The notes: a model not told the origin generated them from the sequence alone. A DNA stretch of 33,056 nt from an uncultured bacterium (GCA_902773015.1 CACYCW010000190.1:1-33056), one strand, 5' to 3'; numbered from the stretch's first letter, positions 17,420-26,898 are shown. Made by a program: numbers and translations.

Positions 17420-18808
17420 ATGAAAAGACTTCTTACATTCGTCTTCCTGGCGACCCAGCTGACAGCGCTCGCCGACACCGACCGCGTCTCGCTCGTCTCC
17501 GCACGCCAGCGCTGGCCGTTCAGCCGTCTTGTGGACGTCTCCTACACCGTCTCGGGTGCGACTGATCCCGTTGACATCCGGGTTGCGATCATGAACGGGT
17601 CCGAGACGATTCCTGTGCCGGAGACGGCGATCGAGGGACAGCTCTATGACGTTGCCAATGGCGACCACACGCTTGTCATCGATCCGACGCGTTGCGGACT
17701 CGTCAATCGCGAGCTCCTCACGGCCGCCCGTTTCGAGGTGACGGTCGTCGATGCGCCGATCTACCTGATCGCCGACCTCCGGAAGGACAGTCTGTTGGGC
17801 GATGATCCCCGCCTTGTCTACCTGACCCGCGGCGACATCCGCACTGGGAACTACGGCACCTATGCGGAAGGCGATGACGTCGACTGGATCTCGAACTGTT
17901 CGCTGCCGTCGAAGTTCGTCTGGACCGGCGTCACCAACGACGTCACCTACTGCACCACGAACATGGTGTTCCGTCGCGTTGCGGCGGGCGCGTGCCGCAC
18001 GTACAATACGCTTGGCTTGATGTCGGCGACGAACAATCTCTTCATCACGCGTCCCTACTACGTCGCGGTCTTCGAGTTCACCGAGGCGCAGCGGCGGATG
18101 CTTGACGATTCCGGGCCGGCTAGTAGCTGGTGCGGCGGGCGCAAGCCCTACGGCAATGCCTCCTACGCGAGTTACCGCGGTGCGGCCAGCGAGACGCTCG
18201 ACTGGCCGTCGACCGGGCACGAGACCGTCGGCGGCTATGCGCTCAAGCTGCGCAACCGCATCGGACTCCAGGCGGATCTGCTCACGGCCGGACAGTGGAT
18301 TCTGGCCTACCGTGCCGGCACCGATACCGACTATTACCTTGGCACCGGCAACGGCACGACCGTGAACGGCACGAACTCGGTTGCCCACACGATTGGCCGC
18401 TATCAGTACAATGGCGGCTGGTCCTACGACGCCTCTGGCAATTTCAAGTGGCAGTGGAACACGGCGGCTGCGATGTCCGATCCGGCAACTGGCTGGGCGA
18501 CGCCGGGTCTCTATCTGCCCAATGCTTACGGACTCTACGACATGGCCGGCAGCGTTGACGAACTGGTGCTCGACTATTACGTGGCCTATTCGAGCAAGTA
18601 CGGCTACACCCGCATCGGGACGGATCCTGTCGGGCCGACGCAGGCGCAGAGCGCGGAGCTCGACTCCGGCAAGCGCGACGCGCTGGGCGGCAGCGGTTGG
18701 GCAGGATCGGGCTCGCTCAAGGCGACGAGCACGTCATCCATGTTGGATGGCTCTGCGAGCTCGAGCACGACGGGCACGCGATTCGGCATCTTCATTGATC
18801 ATCGGTAG
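17420..18808 (+). CDS. Secreted FGE-sulfatase domain protein, paralog 2
   Basis: Signal peptide, RQRWPFSRLVDVSY, WTGVTND, FEFTEAQ, DLLTAGQWILAYRAG, PNAYGLYDMAGSVDELVLDY, LGGSGW, GTRF. Confidence 0.85.
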   Translation: MKRLLTFVFLATQLTALADTDRVSLVSARQRWPFSRLVDVSYTVSGATDPVDIRVAIMNGSETIPVPETAIEGQLYDVANGDHTLVIDPTRCGLVNRELLTAARFEVTVVDAPIYLIADLRKDSLLGDDPRLVYLTRGDIRTGNYGTYAEGDDVDWISNCSLPSKFVWTGVTNDVTYCTTNMVFRRVAAGACRTYNTLGLMSATNNLFITRPYYVAVFEFTEAQRRMLDDSGPASSWCGGRKPYGNASYASYRGAASETLDWPSTGHETVGGYALKLRNRIGLQADLLTAGQWILAYRAGTDTDYYLGTGNGTTVNGTNSVAHTIGRYQYNGGWSYDASGNFKWQWNTAAAMSDPATGWATPGLYLPNAYGLYDMAGSVDELVLDYYVAYSSKYGYTRIGTDPVGPTQAQSAELDSGKRDALGGSGWAGSGSLKATSTSSMLDGSASSSTTGTRFGIFIDHR

Positions 18809-18818
18809 GTCCGGTCGT

Positions 18819-21602
18819 ATGAGACCCTTCGCCTCGCTGCCCGTCGCGCAAGTTGTAGCGCTGCTCGTGCTGGTTCTCGCTGCGGTCGTCGCATCGGCGG
18901 GATGCGAGTGTGTATTCGTTCTTCCCGATGGAGGCACGCGAATCGAATCGGCGGCGGTCACAGCCACACCGATTTTCTTTCTGCCGAAGTCAATGGGCTG
19001 CGCGCCATTCGCCGTCATGAATCAGGTTCCGCGCCACGGCGAGACTCCGTTTGGCATCCGCTCCCTGCTGGATGACCACCGTCAGGTCTTCGAGGGCTCG
19101 ACCTCCTATCGCTCCGACGGGAACGGGGAGGTGGTGGTGCGGCACCGGCTTGTCTGCGTGGCCGAGACGGAGGCAATGGGGCTCTACGCCACCTTCCCGC
19201 TCGCGGCCGGCGACTACGCCGGCGGCGGCATCGTGTTCGACGGACACGAACGGGTGGACCTTCCGGTCGAGCGCGGACGGTTGAAGGGCGGCCTCCATCG
19301 GGCGAAACGGGCGGTCGCGTTGGGGCCCGATGGACACGAACGTTTCTCGGTGCGGTTCGATTCGCCCCAGGATTTCGAGGTGAACGATTCCCGCTCCTGG
19401 GGCGGCCCCGGCTACGTCTTTCGCGTCCCCGCGATTCGGCGGAACCGTTTTCGCGCCGGCGAGACTAACGAAATCGCCTACACGCTTTCGACGCCTCGCG
19501 GACTGGATGTCCGCACGGGCCCCGTCCGCCTCGTCGCGGGCCGGGAGTGGGTCCCGCTCGTCCGGTTCTCCCCGTTTGTCGCTGCGAATTCCGCGCTGGA
19601 CTGGACCCATCTACGGCCGACTGGGGAGCCGGCGGGAAAGGACGGTCGGCTGCGGTGTGTTGGACAGAACTTCGAGTTCGAGCGGCGACCGGGCGAACGC
19701 GTGCGGTTCTACGGCGTCAACATCTGCGGCGACATGTGTTGGGCGTTGACCGATGACGAATGCGACGAGTTCGCGGCCAACTTGGCGCGCATCGGCTACA
19801 ACTCCCTGCGCATTCACCATCACGACGGCGGACTCGCGACGGGACCGGACCGCACAGAGCTCAACGCAGCGCGAATGCGGCGCCTGGATCGGCTGGTCAA
19901 GGCCTGCATCGATCGTGGACTCTACTTGACGACCGATCTCTACGTATCCCGTTCGCTCACCTACCGTCAGCTCGGCCTGGACCGGAACGGGCGGCCACCC
20001 TATGAGTCCATCAAGCCACTCTTCTACATCTGGGAGCCGGCGTTCTCCAACTTCCTCGCCTTCGCCCGCAATTTTCTCTCGCATGTGAACCCCCATACCG
20101 GCTGCCGCTACGCCGATGAGCCGGCGATGCCGCTCATCTCGCTTGTGAACGAGGGGTCGATCGGCATGGACGCCATGAGCGGAGTGAAGGACAACCCGGA
20201 GCTGTTTCGTCCCGCCTTCGAGCGCTGGCTCGCCGCCCGTGCCGAGCGGGATCCCGCCTACCGCGGCATTCGCGTCGATCCGTTCCCCGGCGAGATCTTC
20301 AACGGGAGAAGCCCCGAGACCCAGGCTCTGCTGCTGTTCTGCGGCGAACTGGAATATCGCTTCAATGCTCGGGTCACCCGGTTCCTGCGCGAGGAGCTTA
20401 GGGCGAAGTCGCTCCTCACCGACATGAACATCGACTACGATCCCGCCTGCTATGAACGGGTCCGGAACGAATTCCACGACTACGTCGACATGCATTTCTA
20501 CGTCGATCATCCAAGGTTCCCCGAGAAGGCCTGCTCCTTGCCGAGCTACCGCCTGAACGTCAGCTGTCTGAGCGACTATCGCGTGGGTCCAAAGACACGC
20601 GCGATGATGCGCCATCTTGACAAGCCGTTCTGCGTGACGGAATTCAACTTCTGTGGTCCGGCTCGGCTTCGCGCGCAGGGTGGCCTGGCAGTCGGGGCGG
20701 TGGCGGGTGTGCAGAACTGGGCGGGCGTGTGGCGCTTCGGGTGGTCGCATCACGCCAGCCGCCACCGCAACTGGGCGAAGGAGAGCATGGGCGGGTTCGA
20801 TCTCGTGACCGACCCGCTGAAGATCGCCGAGGACCGCGCAGGCCTGGCGCTCTTCGGCTTCGGACAGCTGCCCGAGGCGACCGAGACCACGGCCATCGTG
20901 CTGCCGCGCGATCGCCTAACGCGCTTCGATCGAAAGGGTGCGCGTTTCATCGACCGTATCGACCTCGCCTTTCTCCCCTACTTGCGCAAGATCGGCCTCG
21001 CGGTTGACGACGAGGCACCGCCCGGGGCGGAGACCCTGGGCGACTATGACACACCGTTCTTCCGATTCGGACGCGCGGACACGCGTCGCCGTTGGTATCC
21101 GGACGGCATTGTGCGCGGACCTCACCTCGAGCTTGACACCAACGCGGGGGCGCTCGCGGTGAACACGCCACTGACGGCGGGTGGCTTCGCCGAGAAGGGC
21201 GAGATCCGAGCCGGACCGTTCGCGGCGCGTCTTTCCGGCGGCCCGGCTGCCGTGTGGGCGAGCGCGATCGACCTCCGCCCCCTCACGACATCGCGGCGGA
21301 TTGTCGTCTTCCATCTGACCGAGCTGCAGAACTCGGAGTCGCTTTTCGCCGACATTGCCCTCTGCTATCTGCTTGAACGCGGCCATCTGCCTTATCTCGT
21401 CCGTGCCGGAACCGCCGCGCTCGAACTGGCGGTCGGCGATGGCGACTGGACGGTGCACGCGCTGGATTCTTCGGGCCGCCGTGTCCGCACGGTGACCTCC
21501 TCCTGCGTCGACGGAAAGCTGCGCTTCCTTGCCGATGTCTCGGCGGATCCGACGAACGCGACGTTTGTCTATGAGGCGGTGGCCGGGGAGAAGTCTCGGT
21601 GA
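18819..21602 (+). CDS. Secreted clan GH-A (GH5-like) glycoside hydrolase with extra N-terminal domain
   Basis: Hydrophobic signal after ATG 18819. RFYGVNIC, GYNSLRIHHHD, YLTTDL, ISLVNE (acid/base), YVDMHFYVDHP, FCVTEFN (nucleophile). Confidence 0.75.
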   Translation: MRPFASLPVAQVVALLVLVLAAVVASAGCECVFVLPDGGTRIESAAVTATPIFFLPKSMGCAPFAVMNQVPRHGETPFGIRSLLDDHRQVFEGSTSYRSDGNGEVVVRHRLVCVAETEAMGLYATFPLAAGDYAGGGIVFDGHERVDLPVERGRLKGGLHRAKRAVALGPDGHERFSVRFDSPQDFEVNDSRSWGGPGYVFRVPAIRRNRFRAGETNEIAYTLSTPRGLDVRTGPVRLVAGREWVPLVRFSPFVAANSALDWTHLRPTGEPAGKDGRLRCVGQNFEFERRPGERVRFYGVNICGDMCWALTDDECDEFAANLARIGYNSLRIHHHDGGLATGPDRTELNAARMRRLDRLVKACIDRGLYLTTDLYVSRSLTYRQLGLDRNGRPPYESIKPLFYIWEPAFSNFLAFARNFLSHVNPHTGCRYADEPAMPLISLVNEGSIGMDAMSGVKDNPELFRPAFERWLAARAERDPAYRGIRVDPFPGEIFNGRSPETQALLLFCGELEYRFNARVTRFLREELRAKSLLTDMNIDYDPACYERVRNEFHDYVDMHFYVDHPRFPEKACSLPSYRLNVSCLSDYRVGPKTRAMMRHLDKPFCVTEFNFCGPARLRAQGGLAVGAVAGVQNWAGVWRFGWSHHASRHRNWAKESMGGFDLVTDPLKIAEDRAGLALFGFGQLPEATETTAIVLPRDRLTRFDRKGARFIDRIDLAFLPYLRKIGLAVDDEAPPGAETLGDYDTPFFRFGRADTRRRWYPDGIVRGPHLELDTNAGALAVNTPLTAGGFAEKGEIRAGPFAARLSGGPAAVWASAIDLRPLTTSRRIVVFHLTELQNSESLFADIALCYLLERGHLPYLVRAGTAALELAVGDGDWTVHALDSSGRRVRTVTSSCVDGKLRFLADVSADPTNATFVYEAVAGEKSR

Positions 21603-23761
21603 CGACCGCGCTGGCGATTCTGGCGGCGGCGACGCTGACCGCATTCAACGACGGCTGGGAGGTGCGTCGGGAAGGGGAGACCGGCTGGCAGCGGGTAACG
21701 CTGCCGCATGACGCCGCGTTCGACCGTGGCTATGTGCGGGCGGAGGACGCCGACCAGGGCTACGTGAGCTGTCCGGTGACGACTTACCGCAAGACCTTTG
21801 TGCGGCCAGCAGGCGACGGTCGGCTGGCCTTGCGCTTTGACGGCGTCTACATGGACTCCATGGTCGCCCTTAACGGCCGTTGCGTCGGCGGCCGCCGCAA
21901 CGGCTACCTGCCGTTTGAGGTGTCGCTGGACGGAATGGCGGCGACGAATGTCCTCGAGGTGACGTGCGATGCCCGCACGCCCAACGCGCGCTGGTATCAG
22001 GGCTGCGGGATCCTGCGCGACGTGTGGCTTGTTCACCGCCGGGGATGGACGCTTGAACCCGAGGCCGTCGCCGTCACGACCGAACTTCGGGCGGACGGCT
22101 CTGCCGTTGTGCGTGTCCGTGCCGAGGGCGCGCGCGTCATCTCCCCGGTCGGCGGGGAGCAGATCGTCGGCCATCCCGCGCTCTGGTCGCCCGAGGTGCC
22201 GAACCTGCAGGAGATCGTCGTCACGGCGGAGAACCCCGAAGGCGAGCGCGACACCCTGACGGTTCGCTACGGCATCCGCGCGCTCACGTTTACCCTCGAC
22301 CGCGGGCTTCTGCTGAATGGAAAGCCTTATCGTCTCAAGGGCATTTGCCTGCACGAGACGTTCGGGGCGCTTGGCGCAGCCTTCTGCCGCGCGGCGACGC
22401 GGCGCGAGCTCGTCACGTTGAAGGACCTCGGCGTCAATGCGATCCGGACGGTCCACAATCCGTTCGCCCCCGCCTTCTACGACCTGTGCGACGAGCTCGG
22501 ATTCCTCGTGATGGACGAGGCGTTCGACGAGTGGCGAATTCCGAAGACGGCCCACGGCATTTCGCGCTTCTTCGATGCGTGCTGGACGAACGACCTTCGC
22601 ACGCTCGTGCGCCGGGATCGCAATCATCCGTGCGTCGCGCTGTGGTCGATTGGCAACGAGATTCCGGATCATCGTCAGGGAGTGGACGCGGGGAGCCTTG
22701 TGCGGGCGATGGTCGATGTCGTGCATGCGCTCGACCGTACGCGTCCGGTCACCGCCGCGCTCGACCATCCGGACAGCGCGTTCACCAACGGGGTGATGGC
22801 TGCGCTGGATGTCGTCGGCCTCAACTACAACGTAGGCTGGTTCGCACGTCTTCGCGGTCTGAAGCCGGTGCTGGGTTCCGAGACCGCCCCGTCGCTCGCT
22901 GATCGCGACACCTATCTCTTCGAGGAGCGGAACGGGCGGATGGTGCCCGTCCAGTCTCGCAATCATCGCGAGTGCGCCTATTCGCCGAAGGCGTTCACCT
23001 GGGCCGACCCGGCCGAGGTCGCTCTGCGGACGCAGGTCGACTCGCCCTGGAGCGCAGGCGAGTTCGTCTGGTGCTCCTACGACTATCTCGGCGAGCCCAA
23101 TCATCTCGGGGCTGCGCCCGGCCGACGCAACTACTGGCCGGCGCGCAGCTCGTACTGGGGACTCTGCGATCTCGCCGGTCTCCCCAAGGATCGCTACTAC
23201 CTCTACCGCAGCCGCTGGAACGAGCGCGTGCCAACCGTCCACCTGATGCCCGACTGGACCTGGCCCGGACATGAGGGGCGGCTGTTCCCGGTCTGGTGCT
23301 ACACGAACGCCGAGGAGGCGGAACTTTTCCTGAACGGACGTTCCCATGGTGTGCGCCGTCCAGCCGCCACGAAGGATCTCCACCTCTTCTGGGAGGTCCC
23401 CTACGATCCCGGCATACTCGAGGTGCGCGCGAGGATGAAGGATGGTACGGTCGTGACAGACCGCCGCGTGACGTCCGGGTCGGTCGCCGCTCTTCGCGTG
23501 ACGCGGCTCTTCGAGTCGGATGAACTCGCCTTCTTCCGCTGTGATGCCGTTGACGCGGCTGGTCATCGCGTCCTGGCCTGCGAGGATCGCATTCAAGCCC
23601 TGGCGAACGGCGGCGACCTGCTGGCGCTTGACAATGGCGATCCGCTCGACCACGAGCGCTTTCGATCATCGACGCGGCGGCTGTTCCGCGGTTCGCTGGT
23701 GGCGATTGTCCGTCGTCGTTCGTCCGATTGCTCGCTCCGCTGCGACTTCACGGCGAAGTGA
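21599..23761 (+). CDS. GH2 beta-galactosidase-like glycoside hydrolase
   Basis: GTGA overlap; LRFDGVYM, RWYQGCGILRDV, LKGICLH, GVNAIRTVHNP, RDRNHPCVALWSIGNE, GSE, WCSYDYLGEP, VWCYTNAEEAELFLNG. Confidence 0.93.
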   Translation: MTTALAILAAATLTAFNDGWEVRREGETGWQRVTLPHDAAFDRGYVRAEDADQGYVSCPVTTYRKTFVRPAGDGRLALRFDGVYMDSMVALNGRCVGGRRNGYLPFEVSLDGMAATNVLEVTCDARTPNARWYQGCGILRDVWLVHRRGWTLEPEAVAVTTELRADGSAVVRVRAEGARVISPVGGEQIVGHPALWSPEVPNLQEIVVTAENPEGERDTLTVRYGIRALTFTLDRGLLLNGKPYRLKGICLHETFGALGAAFCRAATRRELVTLKDLGVNAIRTVHNPFAPAFYDLCDELGFLVMDEAFDEWRIPKTAHGISRFFDACWTNDLRTLVRRDRNHPCVALWSIGNEIPDHRQGVDAGSLVRAMVDVVHALDRTRPVTAALDHPDSAFTNGVMAALDVVGLNYNVGWFARLRGLKPVLGSETAPSLADRDTYLFEERNGRMVPVQSRNHRECAYSPKAFTWADPAEVALRTQVDSPWSAGEFVWCSYDYLGEPNHLGAAPGRRNYWPARSSYWGLCDLAGLPKDRYYLYRSRWNERVPTVHLMPDWTWPGHEGRLFPVWCYTNAEEAELFLNGRSHGVRRPAATKDLHLFWEVPYDPGILEVRARMKDGTVVTDRRVTSGSVAALRVTRLFESDELAFFRCDAVDAAGHRVLACEDRIQALANGGDLLALDNGDPLDHERFRSSTRRLFRGSLVAIVRRRSSDCSLRCDFTAK

Positions 23762-23775
23762 AATCGTCGCGCAAC

Positions 23776-23804
23776 TTGCGTGATGGTGGAGCGTGTGATA
23801 TAAT
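23776..23804 (+). promoter_or_regulatory. Sigma70-type promoter
   Basis: TTGCGT 23776-23781, 17-bp spacer, TGaTATAAT (-10 at 23799-23804). Confidence 0.7.
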
Positions 23805-23845
23805 GTCGGACATGAAACTCAACTGGTAGGCTCGTGACTCGGAAA

Positions 23846-26812
23846 ATGAAATACGGTTTCGTCCTGGCGGCCTTCGCCGTCGTGTACGGTCTTGTTGCCT
23901 CCGCTGCGGTCGATCTTTCAGGCGTCTGGAAGGCCTCGGGCGAGGGCATCGCCGGCGAGGTGCGCTTCCCCGGCACGCTCGCGCAGGCGCATCTCGGCAA
24001 GCATTGGACCGAGACGGACTTCAAGAACTCGATGGATCTCGAGCAGTCAGAGGCGCTCGCCCAGGAGTATCAGTACGAGGGCCTCGTCGTCTACGCGCGC
24101 GAGATCGAACTCTCTGAAGCTGACTGCCAACATGACGCCGAGATCTTTATGGAGCGCGTGATGTGGAAGAGCGAGGCGTGGTTCGACGGCGAACGACTCG
24201 GCGAGCGCGATTCGCTTGCGACGCCTCACGTCTATCCCGTGCCCCGACGGCTGCTGACGCCAGGACGGCACACACTCAGGATCGCGATTGACAACTCGCG
24301 TCGCTATGGATTCTCCCGTCAGGCCCATTCGTACGGACCGAGCATGCAGGCGATCTGGAACGGCGTCCTGGGAAGGTTCGAACTCCGCCGCGCCCATCCG
24401 CTCCGATCTGTCCGCGTGTTCGCCCCGTGGCCCGCGAACGGAAAATTCGAGTTTGAAACCGCGGCGGATGTGGCCGACGTCGTCCTGCGCGGGCCGGAGG
24501 GTCTGAAGGTCGACGGCTTCGTGCGGATCGGCGGACGCTACGTGGTTCGAGTCGATGGTTCCCCCAAGCCCTGGAACGAGTTCGCCCCGACGCGCTATAC
24601 GCTGTTGCTCAAGGCGCGCGATGGCTTCGAGCGGGCTGTCAGTTTCGGCTTCCGCACCGTCGGCACGCGTGGACACGCCCTCACCATCAACGGTTCCGAC
24701 ATCTTTATCCGCGGCAATGTGGATAACGCGAACTTCGCCAAGGACGGTCTGCCGTGGATGACGGTTGCAGAGTGGAATCGCATCTTCTTTCTGCTCAAGA
24801 ACGAGGACGGCGTGAACGCCATTCGCTTCCACTCCTGGTGCCCTCCCGCTGCAGCGTTCGAGGCGGCGGACGAAATCGGCGTCTTCCTGCAGCCGGAGGC
24901 GGGGATCTGGACTGACCGATGGATGCAGAATGCGGACGAGGTGGGCAACGGCAAGGCGGTGGACCTCTTCGTCCAGCGCGAGTTGAAGGCGATCGCCGAC
25001 GCCTATGGCGATTCGCCATCGTTCATTTCGCTTTCGATCGGCAATGAGCTCGGCAACTCTAATTTCGAGACCATGGGGCGCTGGATAGGCGAGATGAAAA
25101 GGTACGACCCGCGGCATCTCTACTACTGCTGCTCGGCGCGCACGGTTGCGAAAGAGGATGACTTCGCGCTCTCCCATCAGATCCATGACGTCGGACTCGC
25201 GCGTGAACGTCTTTTCCCAAAGACAGACTGGGATTATGAGGACGTCTACTCCAAGTCGACCGTTCCCACCATCGCGCACGAGATCGGGCAGTGGCCGGTC
25301 TATCCGATTTGGCAGGAGCTGCTGCCAAAGTTCACGGGGATGATGCGCCCGTGGAACATTTCGCGCCACTACGACACGGCGGTGCGGCGCAACGCGCTTC
25401 GTTTCACCAACGAATACCATGCGGCATCGGCGAGGCTCAACCGGATCATCTACAAGGAGGAGGTGGAGAGCTTTCTCCGGACGCCTTCCTGCGCAGGGTT
25501 GCAGCTTCTGAACATCCAGGACTACACGGGACAGGCCGAGGCGCTCATTGGCTGGCGTGATCCGTTCTACGACCTGAAGAGCGGTTTCCGCGACCTGCCG
25601 CCGTTCCGGACGGTGTGGGGCCCGGTCTCGCCCCTCGCCAGGTTCGCGAAGTTCTCGTGGACGGTCGGAGAGACATTCCGTGCGACGCTCGAGGTGCGCA
25701 ACCTGACGGATGCGCCGCTTCTCGTCGGCACGAAAATGCCGTATTCCATCGCCGGGCAGAGCGGCATCCTCAAGATCCCCTCGGACATCGCACCGGGACA
25801 TGTCGGGTTTGTCGGCGAGGTTTCGCTTCCGCTCACGGCGGAAATGACGAAGGCGAAGCAGTCGCTGACCTTGGGCAGGAACAGCTGGAGTTTCTGGGTG
25901 TTTCCGGCCGAAGGGAAGTGCGCATGGCCGTCGGGGGTCATTGCCACCGCCGACGCAGGTGCGGCGAAGCTGGCGGTTCGCGAGGGAAAGACCGTGCTCT
26001 ACACCGGCTTCACGCGACGGTCTGCGAAAGGGACCTTCAAGCCCGTCTACTGGAGCGCGCGGTGGTTCCCCGTGGACAACACGGTGCGCGCGGCGCTTGG
26101 TACGTGGTTTGACGTGAAGCATCCGGTCTTCGGCGGATTCGTCACCGAGGACTTCACCGACTGGCAGTGGTATCCACTCGCCGAGGGCGGAATCGTCCAC
26201 GCGCTCGAGGGCTTCTCGGCGGGGTACCGTCCGTTCGCGCTGTCGGTGAACGACTTCCACTATTCCGAGTTCGCCGCGCCGATGTACGAGGTACTCTGTG
26301 GCCGCGGACGGCTCTTCGTCTGCGGCTACGATCTCGAACGGGATGATCCCGCCGTACGCCGGCTACGTGCGTGCCTCGCGGCGTATCTTGCGGGTCCCGC
26401 CGCGGAGGGAACGCCGCGGGTGGACGACACCTGGCTTGAGCGGACGTTCGAGCTTCATCCGCAGGAGGATCTCTCCGGCCTCATCTACGACGTGACGACG
26501 AACTGGACGGGTTCGGCGTTTTCGGCGACGCTCACCGGTTTCGCGCCGGTGACGGGCAAGGTATGCGTCGACCTTCATCAGCCCGTCGGCGGCATGATGG
26601 TCGCTCGCGGTTTCCTCGAGGGCCGGGTCTTCGACGTGCCGACGCTGACGTGCAAGGGGCAGACGACCGTCGTTTCACTGCCGATCATCCGTGAGGACAT
26701 GCTGGACGGGCGGCTGGAGCTTTCGATCAACCTCATGTTCGGCAAGGGCATGTCCGTCGACCGCATCCGCATCATCGACGGGCAGAAGACAGAACAACAG
26801 ACCTCTGATTGA
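23846..26812 (+). CDS. GH2-like glycoside hydrolase (secreted)
   Basis: Signal MKYGFVLAAFAVVYGLVASA (GTG 23834 is an alternative start); DSLATPH, WNGVLG, FGFR, GVNAIRFHSWCPP, SIGNEL, IAHEIGQW, LLNIQDYTGQ. Confidence 0.85.
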   Translation: MKYGFVLAAFAVVYGLVASAAVDLSGVWKASGEGIAGEVRFPGTLAQAHLGKHWTETDFKNSMDLEQSEALAQEYQYEGLVVYAREIELSEADCQHDAEIFMERVMWKSEAWFDGERLGERDSLATPHVYPVPRRLLTPGRHTLRIAIDNSRRYGFSRQAHSYGPSMQAIWNGVLGRFELRRAHPLRSVRVFAPWPANGKFEFETAADVADVVLRGPEGLKVDGFVRIGGRYVVRVDGSPKPWNEFAPTRYTLLLKARDGFERAVSFGFRTVGTRGHALTINGSDIFIRGNVDNANFAKDGLPWMTVAEWNRIFFLLKNEDGVNAIRFHSWCPPAAAFEAADEIGVFLQPEAGIWTDRWMQNADEVGNGKAVDLFVQRELKAIADAYGDSPSFISLSIGNELGNSNFETMGRWIGEMKRYDPRHLYYCCSARTVAKEDDFALSHQIHDVGLARERLFPKTDWDYEDVYSKSTVPTIAHEIGQWPVYPIWQELLPKFTGMMRPWNISRHYDTAVRRNALRFTNEYHAASARLNRIIYKEEVESFLRTPSCAGLQLLNIQDYTGQAEALIGWRDPFYDLKSGFRDLPPFRTVWGPVSPLARFAKFSWTVGETFRATLEVRNLTDAPLLVGTKMPYSIAGQSGILKIPSDIAPGHVGFVGEVSLPLTAEMTKAKQSLTLGRNSWSFWVFPAEGKCAWPSGVIATADAGAAKLAVREGKTVLYTGFTRRSAKGTFKPVYWSARWFPVDNTVRAALGTWFDVKHPVFGGFVTEDFTDWQWYPLAEGGIVHALEGFSAGYRPFALSVNDFHYSEFAAPMYEVLCGRGRLFVCGYDLERDDPAVRRLRACLAAYLAGPAAEGTPRVDDTWLERTFELHPQEDLSGLIYDVTTNWTGSAFSATLTGFAPVTGKVCVDLHQPVGGMMVARGFLEGRVFDVPTLTCKGQTTVVSLPIIREDMLDGRLELSINLMFGKGMSVDRIRIIDGQKTEQQTSD

Positions 26813-26832
26813 CTGACGATTAGGGTGTCCCG

Positions 26833-26885
26833 TTGCCTTTGGCGCGGAGATTATGATAAAATACCCGAGAACTCAGGACAAGGAG
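26833..26885 (+). promoter_or_regulatory. Promoter and RBS of the esterase gene
   Basis: TTGCCT 26833-26838, 18-bp spacer, TGaTAAAAT (-10 at 26857-26862), AAGGAG 26880-26885. Confidence 0.6.
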
Positions 26886-26898
26886 TGAATTGCGGATC

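Noticed and set aside
16044-18808. Diversity-generating retroelement targeting the FGE/CLec genes
   Set aside because: No reverse transcriptase, no template repeat and no near-identical repeat pair differing only at adenines in the window. A trans-acting DGR elsewhere cannot be excluded.
16044-18808. True formylglycine-generating enzymes for sulfatase maturation
   Set aside because: The catalytic Cys pair is absent, and no sulfatase (CxPxR) gene was recognised nearby.
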